A stretch of 64,000 bases of DNA. It comes from Cycas panzhihuaensis (taxonomy: Eukaryota; Plantae; Cycadophyta). Positions within the stretch are counted from its first letter, which is position 1. Each line of letters begins with the position of its first letter. Position numbers and translations under genes: made by a program. The DNA lies in NCBI GenBank assembly GCA_023213395.1, contig CM041465.1, forward strand, positions 20,894,001 through 20,958,000, written 5' to 3'. Below the pieces are notes generated by a model. It was not told the DNA's origin, ran no database searches, and worked only from the letters and a program-made list of their open reading frames with translations. Positions 1 to 12,049 of the stretch are shown one piece after another.

Positions 1-971
1 TTTTGTCGTCGTTTTTCTATATGTTGCACCCAGTTCGCTAGATGTCGCGTCTCTTCCAACCGTATGAGGTCTTCCAGTCGTCGTTCCAAGGACTGGAGGT
101 CATCTAGTCGGCATTATATTGCCACTCGTAAGCTGGGTATCTCAAACTCGGTCGGAAGGATGGCTTCTGTGCCATACACAAGCTGAAATGGGGTGCATGG
201 CCCGATCTTTTGTATGTCGTCTGAAAGGCCCATAGTCTGGAAGGTAATTTCTACCAATCGATGCATCGATGTCGCATATCTTCAAGCAGTTCTCGATTAT
301 CTTATTGGAGCTTTCTGCTTGACCATTGGCTCTGGGATAGTAGGGGGTTGATTTCTGATGGCTAATCATGAAGGCAGTTGTCAATGCTTCAATTGTTTGG
401 TTGAGGAAGTGAGCACCTTGGTCCGACAATCTCAAGGGCATCTAAATCACGTGATTACCATCTCATACAGAAATCTTGCTGTACTTTCGGCATCGGCTTT
501 CCTCAATACACGTGCTTCCACCCACTTTGTCGCGTAGTCAGTTGCCACCAGAATGTATCGAGCTTTTGATCGGCGTCTTCTTTGGTTTGATCGGTCCCAC
601 AAAGTCGAGTCCCCACTTTTCGAATGGTGCCAAGGGTAGTATGGGATGCAACGGGTGGAAATCCTGTCGATTAGGTTTCCCCACTAGTTGGCAGTAGTCA
701 CATGCTTGAACCCATTTTTTAACATCGTCGAACATCGATGGCCACGTAATCCTGATGTCAAGATTTTCCGCCATGTGGCCAATTTCCCCATGTGGCCACC
801 TGCTACTCCCTCATGTGCCTGCGACATGATCTGGTTTGTCTCATGCTGTCGAACACAACGTCGCAATATGTCATCTGGCCCCAATTTGTACAACTCACCA
901 CTGATAAGCTGATATGGCTCCGCTTTTCTAATGAAATTCCTTTTCCCCGTATGATCTAGTTCTGCTGGCAC
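1..971 (-). pseudogene. Gypsy-1 integrase (frameshifted)
   Basis: ORF pieces: AHEGVAGGH, ACDYCQ (zinc-binding), PFEKWGLDFVGP, SDQGAHF, STPYYPRANGQAESSNK. Confidence 0.95.
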
Positions 972-1139
972 CTCACCGGTCGCTAGGTATTCTGGTATGC
1001 CCTCATACCAGTCTACTAGAACTGCATCTATCTTTGAAAAATTGCGTCTAGAAAATCATCCGTATCCCGTAGCTTTTTCTCCATTTTTGATTCTCGATAG
1101 TTGATCTGGAATGATGTGCGCCTTGCCAGGTTTCACAAT

Positions 1140-1500
1140 GATTCTGAATGAAAATTATTGGAACAACATTAACCATCTGTTGATCCTTCCTCGCATAATA
1201 GGTTTATTCACCAGATACATCAAGGCTTGGTGGTCGACAAAAAACAGGAATGGATTAGATAGCAAATAATGTTGAAACTTTTGTAGTGCATAAACCATGC
1301 CAAGTGCCTCCCTCTCCGTCGTTGTATAATTCTGCTCTGCTCTCGTAAGTTTCTGACTGGCAAAATAGATTGGATGATCCATTTTATCATCACTGGGTTG
1401 GGCCAATACACATCCAATGGCGTATTGTGACGCGTCCACATGCACATGAAAGGTTTTCTTCCAATCTGGGAATCGTAATATGGGCACTGCTACTATAGCC
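1140..1500 (-). pseudogene. Gypsy-1 RNase H
   Basis: FHVHVDASQYAIGCVLAQ, NYTTTEREALGMVYAL, VDHQAL in ORF 1155..1487. Confidence 0.95.
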
Positions 1501-1523
1501 TGCTTTAGTGTTTCGAATGCTCG

Positions 1524-2450
1524 TCACTGATCCTTAGTCCATATCCATTCAATATTCTTTTTCAGCAATTCTTCCAGAGGTCTAGATATATACGCATATC
1601 CTCTAATAAATTTTCTATAATATCTGGTTAAACCCAAAAAACCTTTTAGCTGCTTCCTCGTATTCGGTGTTGGAAAGTGTAAAATGGCAGACACTTTTCT
1701 TTGGATCTCGGCAATCCTTCTTTCTTGACTATGTGCCCCAAGAGGTTTCAAATGGTACGAAATGTACATTTTACGGATTGAGACACAGTTTATTTTCTCG
1801 ACAAGTTTGCAACATTTCTCTTAGGTTTTCCATATGATTTTTCATTAACCCGTACAATGTCCAATCGTCTAAGAATACAGCAACTTTTTCTCCAATAAAT
1901 TTATGAAAAATATTAATCACAATCTGTTGAAATGTCGCTGGTGCATTCGTAAGACTGAATGGCATTACCTTATAGGCATATGTACCCCACTCTATTACGA
2001 ATGTTGTCTTTGCCTGATCTTCTGGGGCAATCTGCACTTGATTGTACCCACTGAATCCGTCTGTGAATGAATAGATTTCATTCCCTCAAGCTACTTCAAA
2101 ATATCTTCCGTGAAAGGCAGCGGAATGGATCTTTTTTCACTTTGTTTAATTGTGCGTAATCTACACGGACTCGAATTTTCCCATTTTCTTTAGAACCACT
2201 ACTACGGGGCTCACCCGATCCACGTAGTCAATTTAAATATATATAAGGCTTCTAACATTTTGTCCAGCTCTGCTTTTACTTTTTCTTTATATTTCAAATT
2301 CATTCGATATGGTCGCTGTTTCACTGGCTTAGCGTCTTCCACGGATCAATATGATGCATTCCTATCTCCGGAGGAATACCTTTCAAATCTTTATACGACC
2401 ACGCAAACACATCACGAAATTCTTTGAACAATTGTTGAGCTTGACTCTGG
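1524..2450 (-). pseudogene. Gypsy-1 reverse transcriptase (frameshifted)
   Basis: FRDVFAWSYKDLKGIPP, KVMPFSLTNAPATFQ, VFLDD, QLKGFLGLTRYYRKFI. Confidence 0.95.
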
Positions 2451-2625
2451 TTTGGGAATCCCAATAATCTCAATTCGAATAAGCTTAGGATTTTCGAGTT
2501 GACATTAATTTCCGTTGTTTTCAACTTTGTCTTCCCCACATCTTCTACATTTTCAGTTTTGTGCCCTGGAGCATCTTCTATCTTTCTTTCTCCCATGGTG
2601 AATTATGTAAATTCTGCAGGATAAT

Positions 2626-3261
2626 TCACAATTTCCTCTTCTTCACTCTGTATGGATTCTCTTTGTTTCTGATCATTAAATGTTGTTCTAGTTTTATGCT
2701 CATCATTCTAATATGTTTCAGGATTGTGTCCACTTCTTGATTTTCCGAAGTATGCCCAAAGGTTTTTATAAAAGATCCTTTTAGATTTTCCCAGGTTGTC
2801 TCTAAGTTTTGCTCCCTTCCCCGGAACCAGTCTTTTGCTACTCTTCCCAAGGTATGGTAAAAGTAGTTAGACCAATTCCGCTTAGGTATACTCCTAGATT
2901 TCCAGTTTTGTTTACACACCTGTACGTGTTTCCTAGGGTCATGTCCTACATAGAATATTGGAATGGCTAGTTGGTCTGGATGATCGAATCGTATTTGAAA
3001 CATCGTTTGCAATTCTTGCCAATTGCTAAGGGTCTTTTGGTGGGCTAAGTACCAATACCAAGCTTTCCCCCGTAAGGTTAGGATTAAATCCTGCTGCCAA
3101 TTGGTTTTGTCCCAATTTCCCTGCTCTATCCAATAATTAATGCAATGTGTTAAATGGGTAGTCCCATATAACTGTTCCCCATAGAATGGTTTAACGTAAT
3201 CCCCAATATAGGTTTGACAGCTAATTTTTTCTGGAATAGTGATTTTATTTCCTAGACTGCA
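2626..3261 (-). CDS. Two tandem retrotransposon capsid (Gag CA)-like domains inside pol, between PR and RT
   Basis: Stop-free frame 3261->2626 (extends listed ORF 2626..3012 upstream): LTLRGKAWYWY..NWQELQTMFQIRF and HTLGRVAKDWF..TWENLKGSFIKTF, both resembling the element's own Gag core CTLRGVPLAWY..PWGKIKKAFEERF. Confidence 0.75.
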   Translation of the reverse strand, partial: CSLGNKITIPEKISCQTYIGDYVKPFYGEQLYGTTHLTHCINYWIEQGNWDKTNWQQDLILTLRGKAWYWYLAHQKTLSNWQELQTMFQIRFDHPDQLAIPIFYVGHDPRKHVQVCKQNWKSRSIPKRNWSNYFYHTLGRVAKDWFRGREQNLETTWENLKGSFIKTFGHTSENQEVDTILKHIRMMSIKLEQHLMIRNKENPYRVKKRKL

Positions 3262-3899
3262 CTACTAGAAGTACTTGCCAGCAATCCTCCTTCCATTTCC
3301 CTAGTTTTGGCGCCAATGGTTGGAAGAGATTTATGGGCAGGTGTACCTCTAAGGAAGAAGAGGAGGGAATATTACTTCCTTCCTCGGGTTGTATAAAAGG
3401 GGGGGGTAGGGAATCTACCTCAGGACCCACACCTGAAGTAGATGGGATGTTAGGGTTACTACTAACTAGAAAAAAACTACGAAAATTACTAGATAAACTA
3501 AGGGTTGGTTGGTCTAGGTTATTATCCATTTCCAAATGATCATTGGTCAGCATATATTCAAAAGAATTTAAATTATCATCAATGTTTACAGAATCGATTT
3601 AGATAAAAAATTACATCTGAAAGAAGAAGAGTTTACTTCATATGCATCCTGAAGCCAATAATCCACGAACCTCATACCGTGTTTGTCATCCGAAGAGTTG
3701 TATATTTCTTGAGATCCGTTGGTTTTCATCTTGATCTTTGCTTTGACGTGGTGGGCTCTTATGTCATGTGAAAGATGTGTTCTTCCTCATTGGAAGAAAA
3801 TGTTGTCTTTGATTCTTGTTGTCTTTGGATCCTTAAATGCGGGATTACTTCAATCGAACTTCTTCCGGATTGGTAGCACTACTTTGTTGTTCTTGTCGA

Positions 3900-4621
3900 T
3901 AAAGTGAAGGTTACCTTTTCCCATTCAAGGCATTGTGTTTTGTATAACCATGGCCTTCCTAATAACGGGTAGGGGTGGTTCCTTTTTCCATTTCCACTAT
4001 CGTGAAGTCAACTCTTACCACTATCCCTGCCACGTCTACTTTTATATTGGCCAATCTACCCATGGGTCATACCAGCGACTCATTGGCCAACTTCAGCGAG
4101 TAGGTTGCTGCCTCCAGCTTCGGGCTTCCCAATTTACGCCATGTTGCAGCTGGTAACACATTTACCGCTGCACCTCCATCCACAATGACTCGAGGAAATG
4201 TTTCTCCCAATACGGACATGGTTACCATTGGATCCATGTCAAACGATGGTATAACTTGTTTCGAACTTTTAGTAATTCCTCTTTGCAACACACCTCCTTT
4301 AATCCAATCAATAACCTGAGACAGAGGAATAGTTAACTGCAACTGCTTCACTAGATTCTCCATTAGTAACAACATTCTGGGAATATCTTCGGCTGGTAAT
4401 CCTTTAAATAACTCCTCCATTTGCACCATTTGGGGTTTTGTCGTCGATTCCTCTGGTAGTTTTTCTGGATCTTTTGGTTTGTTTTTCCGAACATAAACAT
4501 TTTTTGTTTCTGGTTTACCCATTGGTAGTATATTTTCATCCCGAACTAACCCATCCAACACTTGTTTCACTTGTTTATACCGATCCATTTTTGTTGGGGG
4601 GTTTGGATATCCTTCATCCAC
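3900..4621 (-). pseudogene. Gypsy-1 aspartic protease region
   Basis: RVIVDGGAAVNVL active-site motif and LKLANES in ORF 4067..4621. Confidence 0.9.
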
Positions 4622-4758
4622 TTTCTCTTTCTGTTTATTTTGTAATTTCGCATTCTTCGCTTACGCACAATCGTCATTAGATTAGTTGCCTTCGCTTTAC
4701 CCTTGCAATCTTACATTTTGTGGTCGCTTGGGCCCACAGTTACCTGTCTGAATGGCTT

Positions 4759-6431
4759 TTATTCGTATTCTAACTTCATCGGACATTCAGACTTCCAGTG
4801 TCCAAACTGTAGGCAGATGAGGCATCTTCCCATCGGCTGTTTCTTCCTCGAGGGCTCTGGTGCGTCCCTCGTTGTATACACGTTCCGAGGTGGGTTGCCT
4901 CTTCCCTGACCTCGACCTCTAAAGGCTTTTCCCTTGGAATTGTAGAAACAATCCCTAGTTGTGTGGGTATCAACCTCACATATGTGGCACCACTTCTCTT
5001 GTTGGTGCGCCGCACCGTTTTTTAAATTCAACTCACATTCCCGAGTGGTATGTGAGTTTTCTTCACAAATATGACACCACTTAGTCACCCTTCCCGTGTG
5101 CTCTTTCTTCTTCGGTGTCTCTTCTTCTTCCTGATTATTTCTGATTTTCAATCGGGCTACCTCTTTCCTCAGTGCCTCCAATTCAGATTCCTCTTCTGCT
5201 ACCCCTACCTAACAGAAGGGTCAATTGTACTGATTCTGTTTCAGCTCTCTGATCTCATCTTGCAATCTTAACAGCAAGGAATCTTGTCCTCCTGCTTGGG
5301 CATCCATTTCCATCTCGAAATCTAATGCCAGATCCTAGGCATTCTTGAATGACTTTAGCGGATGAGTATGCATCATAGCTCGCAACTTCTCATTTAGCCC
5401 TCTCACGAAGTAATTCTTCATGTTATGATCTGTGATCATCTCGTTGATCATACTTGCTGCAATAATCTTCATTCGGCTAATGTAAGTTAGGGGATTCCCG
5501 ACCTCTGCCTGATTTCTCGCAATGCGATTTCCACAGCTTCATTACTCTGAAACTTTTGAAATCTCTCCTCAAACGCTTTCTTAATCTTCCCCCATGGCTC
5601 ATTTTTGTTTATTTCCTTGTACCAAGCCAAGGGTACTCCTCTCAGTGTACAAGCGAAATGTGCTTTTATTTCATCTTCATCCGTAATCTTTTTGACATTA
5701 ATAAGGTTTTGAAACAAATACACATGCTCTGCTGCGTCTGAAGTATCATTAAAGGTTAGTTTCCCAAAGTCTCTGTAATCGTCCATTTTGGGAGATTGCA
5801 ACTTTCCCCACACAGTGGTGATCTTTCCCTCCTTCGTCCTTTGGGGATACCTTTGGGAGTAACTACCGCTGCACTATCCTTTCCAAACAACGGATTTTTG
5901 AATGGAGTTTTTATGTGTATTGGTTCCACTACACCTGGAACTTGTATCGTTAATGGTGTTACCGTAATGTAAGATTGATCCGATCCCTTCCGTCGAATCT
6001 TCAAACAAATTGTCTCGTTAGCTTATTTTCCCAATATGTCGAGGGACCTTCCTCGCCTTCTTATCAACATCACCTAGGTCCTTGATTTGTCCTCCACTGG
6101 TATACTTCCCTCTGTTAGGATCTCTTTATGTTTTTCATCCACTGATGGCTTCCCTTTAATCTCCGGGCTAAACAAATCATCTCTAATTGGGGTGGTGTCA
6201 ATACCATCGTTCACCATTGATTTCCTCTTCCTGGCGTGTCTGGGTTCCACTTGCCTCGGATCCTTCAGCAATTTGTCCCTTAGTCTCGTTGTTTTGCGAA
6301 CTTAACCTCCTCGCCCTTCTGAGTTTTGCTTCTTTTGACCATCTCAGTGCCCTTTGTCTACTAGTCTCCTTTTCCTTAGGTGAAGTATCCTTCTGGGGCT
6401 CTTCCGACCTTGAAGGCCTTTTAGGTGGCAT
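4759..6431 (-). pseudogene. Gypsy-1 gag (frameshifted) with three CCHC zinc knuckles
   Basis: MPPKR start about 130 bp after the PBS; core FACTLRGVPLAWY; knuckles CHICEENSHTTREC, CHICEVDTHTTRDC, CLICLQFGHWKSEC. Confidence 0.9.
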
Positions 6432-6562
6432 TGGAAGGTCCCACAGCTCTGGGTGGCTTAGTTACAGCCCGCCATCACGCTGGCAGCTAGGGTCCTCTGC
6501 CCTTTACACATTCTTTTTCCTCTTGAGACCCCTAGGTCCTGTCCCTCCTCAATGCAGGCGTA

Positions 6563-6575
6563 GGCAGCGGAACCA
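6563..6575 (-). promoter_or_regulatory. Primer-binding site, tRNA-Glu-like
   Basis: TGGTTCCGCTGCC 1 nt after the LTR end; resembles the complement of plant tRNA-Glu 3' ends (..GGCRACGGAACCA, from memory). Confidence 0.7.
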
Positions 6576-6576
6576 A

Positions 6577-7416
6577 TGTTGACTTATAGATTCCACGCCC
6601 TTGTGGAATCGGTGCACTGTCAAGGTTACAGTAGCTATAGTCTAGTTTTAGGACCATCAACATGGTTATACATTCCACATACATTCCATATAAAATTCAC
6701 GAGAATGGTACACGGAAGATGCAATCAATACATACTTGAGAAATCATCATCACACACCAAGAATACACCAATTTCCACGTAACTCTTTCTTTTATTAATT
6801 CAACAGTTCAATTACACAAGGGCTGGAATGCATTCTGAGCATTCCGGTGACATCTGATCCTTTTGTACATATGCATACCCAGATGGTACTTATCACATAT
6901 CCATGCTCCAATCGGCTGTCATGCGTACTGTCTCCTATACTCTTGCGTACCCTTGATATCTGGCTCTCACCCTAACCAGGTGAATCATGTGTACCTCCTT
7001 AAGTACTCATGTTGGTACCTTTTGGCTGAAGGGTTATGACTGTCTATCATAACCGTACCCCTTCAGTCATGCGTACCTCTTCAATTAATGTGTACCTCTT
7101 CAATTAATGTGTACCTCTTCACTTAATCACTTTGTTTGTTCTTAATTAATTATTCCTTTGGGTCCGTACGTACGTCTGGCACCTCCCCAGGTCTTCACTG
7201 ATCCCCTAGAGTCATGCGTACCACCGCCGTTTGATTCCGTTCTGCCGGTACATTCACATCATGCGTGCATTCGTGCGCACCGCCATACGTGCAGGCGCTC
7301 ATTTTTCTACCGTTTTGCCTCGTGCGTACCTCCGTATGGTCCGTACCTACACAACTCGGGTTCTCTGACCTACCTCTGGTCCTCACACAGCCATTGAGTC
7401 AATTTTAATGCCAACA
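6577..7416 (-). repeat. Gypsy-1 5' LTR (840 bp)
   Basis: TGTTG...CAACA termini, adjacent PBS, minus-strand AATAAA at 6791-6796, abrupt loss of CpG after 7416. Confidence 0.9.
6865..7346. repeat. (CATGC)GTAC(C) motif array in Gypsy-1 LTR, including a 19-bp tandem repeat at about 7069-7126
   Basis: 17 GTAC tetramers counted in about 480 bp. Confidence 0.9.
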
Positions 7417-8269
7417 CTTCCCAACCCTCTTTAGAGTCATATAGACCTATTTATTAGACCTCTCATACCATGCCACCTAAAGGTGGGAATACTCAAACTT
7501 CTTAGGGAAGGAAGGCAATACCTACCCTTGAGAAGAAGTAGTGTTTCATGCATGGGGATTGCCTCCATGAGGACTCATAATGTTGGATGTTGTATCCTAA
7601 GCTTGTGCCACATCACGATGCCTCTTCCAAAAAGGCTTCCAAGCCTAATTTAGACCAACTTGTTCATAGGGATCCTATCCCTAAGCATGAGGAATAAGAT
7701 CAATCCACTCAAAATAGGAGGGTGAGGAATAAGGGGTAATTCCCTAATCCTTCCTTTGACTAAGCAAAGGAGAAGGTGTCAAGGGAGTCATCCTCTACGC
7801 TAGGCCATAGATCTCAACATCCCTCATCCTCTCAACCCAAAAAACAAGGGGAAGAGAGTGACTCAAATACTTGAAGCCACCCCCATATACCCAATTATAA
7901 GGTCTCAAGCAATAAAGGAGGTGGTTAAAGCATCCACCTCTCAATAGAACCCATTTATAGGTAATTTGCCTATAGAGATCCCTATTATCTCCAAGACTAT
8001 TCCTATTTACCTAAGACACTATGATTTTCAAAGAGCACTCTCCCAACCCACTAGGAAGGGGAAGACCTTTTCAATTATCAAAGAACTCCACACTGTAACT
8101 ACAAGTATGTCAAAGATGGATGTCCTAAAGAGTTACCTTGAGTAACGAACCCTTCTCTTGGAGGCTTTTGGCCAAAAGGATATCTTAGTCTACTAGTAGG
8201 TAATACCTCAATTGGGGAATCCCTCATTACTTTTGACTTTATAGATCTCCCTTTGGCTAGTGAATGTTG

Positions 8270-8640
8270 ATGGCACTATCCTTTTACTAGTACTATAGAT
8301 ACCCCAAACTTTACTCTGAAGAGGATAATTATAGATAATAGTTTGTTAGTTAATGTTGCCTATGCACATCATAAAGGAGCTATAGATAGAGGCCCTTGAG
8401 CTAGTCCTATGGAGGTGCCAAGGCTACGTGGTAATAAGAAGGCACCTTCAAGAACAATATCAATTCCCCTTACCATAGAGGATAACATTATCCAAATAGA
8501 TATTATAGTCCTTGATATAGACATTGACTACAACCTTTTATTAAGACATCCATGGCTTGACCAAATGGGAGTTACCTATTCCTCCAAATGGGGGTAAATT
8601 AAAATTTTCCATAAAGGGCAAATGAAAGTTATCCTTTGGG
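8270..8640 (+). pseudogene. Tat-2 protease remnant
   Basis: KRIIIDNSLLVNV (decayed D-x-G) and DIDYNLLLRHPWLDQM (Tat/Ogre-type YNLLLGRPW). Confidence 0.8.
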
Positions 8641-9325
8641 AGCCTCCTCATGGTCAACTACCCAACCAACCCTGTTAAGTGATCTTTGGGTCAATCAATA
8701 AGGTTGAGGATCCATCCAACCCATTGGTCACTTGTTCTACTAGTGTTTAAAACACCCAATAAGGGGAGAAGACATCCTTCCCCATCTAACCTAATCTGTT
8801 TCAACCCCATTGGTGTTGGAAGTTATGGGTATCTCACCATTATGAGCAATCAAGAGTGATGATTATAAGGATCCTCCTTCTCCTATATCCCTTCTTAATA
8901 TATAGAGGGGGAATACCTCTTACTCTTCTTAATGTTCTACATCCTAACCTAGGATACAACATGAGGATAGTGGTGGTGCTAAGTTTATCCCTAGTAAGAT
9001 GATGGTGTTCTAGGAGTGGGTCCTCAGCAAGGCTACCAAAAAGATGGTTTAGGGCTTGGAGAAGATCTAATATGAAGCTCAAAAGAGACCTAAAAGACCA
9101 TTTTTACTTAACTCCTAATAAGCAGTCTTTTCCTAGTAGTGTTGTCTACCTTAGTGAGAGTGGGTATGATGAAAGGTGTGGGTGTGAAACAGGGTGATAA
9201 AATCCACCAACCTACATAACTTGATGAAGGAGTTCTATGTTTAGAGTCTTACTTATAATATTCTCAAGATCCTTCTTAGGGACTCCTCTCTTATAATCAG
9301 TTTAACTTTTCAAGTTTTACTAAGA

Positions 9326-11436
9326 TGTAGGAGAGGGTAAGTTAATGGAAACAATAGTTTATCTTATTTGGGTTTCTAGGTTTTGATATTGCTTCAAGGG
9401 TGGAAAGCCAAGAGAGCAAAATGATACGATCAAAGAAACCACAAGATCAAACTCACATCAATCTTTTTATTTATTATTTTTTTTTATATAATGAAATCTC
9501 AAACAAACACACTAGAAACTATGCATGCAAGTCCTTTTTTATTATTTTTTTAAACATACACACTAGAAACTTTGCATGTAACACACTAGAAACTATGTAT
9601 GCAAGTCCTTTTTTGTTGTATACAAGATAAATGATGCACATGTAATATGTATGCAAGTCCTTTTTTATTGCATGTAAGATAAAAGATGCACATGCAATAC
9701 ACATGATTCATTTTAAGAGAGATGATGCCATAGAAATAAAATCTGATAATATTCACATAATCTTTATACAAATTTCTTTTCAAAAGAGATTAATCTACAT
9801 GTAAGACTAGCTAATATGCTCTAACCTTAATGCATGTAACTAATTCTTTTAAAAAATGATGAAATAATGTAGATAAAGAGAATCTTAAAGGAAACTACTG
9901 ATGTTTTATGATGATTTTCAAACCTATGAGATGATGTATAAGTTATAAATCTGAACAATAATTATGCATGCAAGATCAATCAAAGGTTCTATCTTGGTTG
10001 GAGTAGTAAGAGCTCCAAACAAAATCCTTGAACCCCATATAAAAGCTAAAAATTAGTAGTACTCCAATCAAACAACACTATCAACTTTTAATTTTCAAGA
10101 TACAAGAGCCTACTTGAAAATAAAGGTGGACTCAATGATAGATATAGGACTAATATTCCTTTCCTATTATAAAGAGCACCTCAAAATGATAATTTTCTTT
10201 TCACTTGACTAAATTTTTCCATGCACTTTCCTTCAAAACAAGAGTAAAGAAGGAAGTAACAACAATCTAAAGAGGTCAAACAAGATCCAAACTACACCAA
10301 ATAAGAGTGATAATCCAACTAAAATATAAGCTATTATGAAAGAGTGGGAAGGAGTAGCTAGATATATGGTGGAGAGATGACCCTATCCCACTCTAGTTTA
10401 TCCTTAAGGAACCCCACAAAGGGCAGACCTTTTAGTGTATATTTCAATTGCAAAAGTCCAAAGAATAATCCAACAATAATAAGATAATGAAAAGAAACAA
10501 TTCTAAGTGAAAATTACCTTCAAGACTTCATGAAACAAGCTTGAAAGCTAATAGGAAAGATCTTACCAAATCTAAAGAAGTTTGAAACAAAATTTGATGA
10601 AGATCCAAAGAGATGAAAGCTTAGAGAATCAACAATTGAGTAGTAGTAGCACAATATCAAAACTTCTTTGAGATTTCACCTAATAACTTTAGAAAATTAA
10701 GTCTCCAAAAATTAAAACAGGAGTCCTCAAGAAATCTCTAAGAAGTTCACAAAATCTGTCAATCAAAGAGCAAGAATCACTTCTTCCTCTCTAATTCTCA
10801 ACTCTTTTCACTTCTTTATCTCTGTCCCTCTATCTATTTCTCCATCTCAAAAATTATGATCAACAATCCTTTTATAACACTTTTGGGCATTAAGAGAATC
10901 AAATCCCACCAAATTTGGACTATGGCATGCAAAAATCTTGGTATGTAAGTTGAGTTTTTCATGCATATAGTCAAAACCATAGAGATTAGTTAGGAGGCAA
11001 AAATGACTCATTAAAAAGATTAAAAAATGATTTTTATTGATAAATTAAGGCATAAATGACTTTATTAATGAGGAGAGGGTCCTAAAATATGATGAAAATG
11101 TTAAATACAAGCCCAGAAATGATAAAAAATTGGGTGAAATCAAGGATTAAAAAGATTAAAAAATAATAAACTTTGAAAGAAGCCTATGGTTAAGTTAGTC
11201 ATGAAGAAAATTTTGTTGACATAGTTTACATCATTAGCAAAATGATAGGAATGCAAGCTATAACATCATTCATTACATTTCATCAATCAACAATAATACA
11301 TCATTTCAACAAAATGAGGCTCAATCTATCAAACCAAATCAACATACATCAATCACTACCAATAAAACCATATAACATGCATTAATTTACCAACATAATC
11401 TAAATACAACTGAGGAGTCCAAGTTTTGGTGAAACA
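9326..11436 (-). mobile_element. Probable solo LTR-like insert of about 2.1 kb in Tat-2 pol (boundaries uncertain)
   Basis: Non-coding block separating PR from RT; TGTAG...AAACA ends; minus-strand TATAAA at 10871-10876; internal repeats (CACACTAGAAACT x3, 9507-9594); no TSD found. Confidence 0.5.
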
Positions 11437-12049
11437 GATAGTACCTCTATTAATTTATTTTAGGATCCACACATACCAACCTCCTAATATATGTAGGTCC
11501 CCAACCTATTAAATAACTTCTTACTCCCTAATCCTCACCATCCCTCGTAGATGACAAGGATAAGGAGTCTCTCCTTTCACATGATGAGACTATTATTTGT
11601 GACCTAAATTATAGCTAGCTTTCCCCACTATGAGATAGGATATAGTATCATGGGAGGCTACCCTCAAACTCCTTTGAAGAGTCCCTTCATTATGTGGAGT
11701 GGTGGGTAGACTGCTACGGGCCTGTCATCCTCCTGCCTACTCCTTTATTCCTATTAAGCAAGACTGTCCATAGGATAGATTGCTTCAAGAATGATAAGGA
11801 TTTACTAGAGCATCTAGTAGGTTCTACACCCAACTTGCCTTTTAGACACCATAGACTTAGTTTCTAAAAGTGTTTAGCTTTCAGGTCACCCTAGTTGACC
11901 CAAATCAACTAGGCACCCTCCCTTATCTTTCAATTGGACAAGCTCCCATTCACTTTGAGGAAGGGAATTCCATGTGCACAGGGGAAATCAAGGACATTAT
12001 CCTTGCCCTCGATAAGGTCATTAAGGTTAGGGTAGAGTTCTCACCTTAA

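Larger units (their letters stand above)
1..7416 (-). mobile_element. Young Ty3/Gypsy (non-chromovirus) LTR retrotransposon 'Gypsy-1'; 3' end outside window
   Basis: Minus-strand order LTR-PBS-gag-PR-(extra capsid-like)-RT-RH-INT; CpG retained; broken mainly by frameshifts. Confidence 0.95.

Noticed and set aside
7069-7126. Short repeats here and at 29188, 36393 and 37275 as CRISPR-like arrays
   Set aside because: Tandem units without unique spacers, eukaryotic retroelement context, no cas genes.
8940-9100. G-patch domain after the Tat-2 protease
   Set aside because: Gly-containing stretch, but the G-patch pattern could not be read convincingly in any frame.
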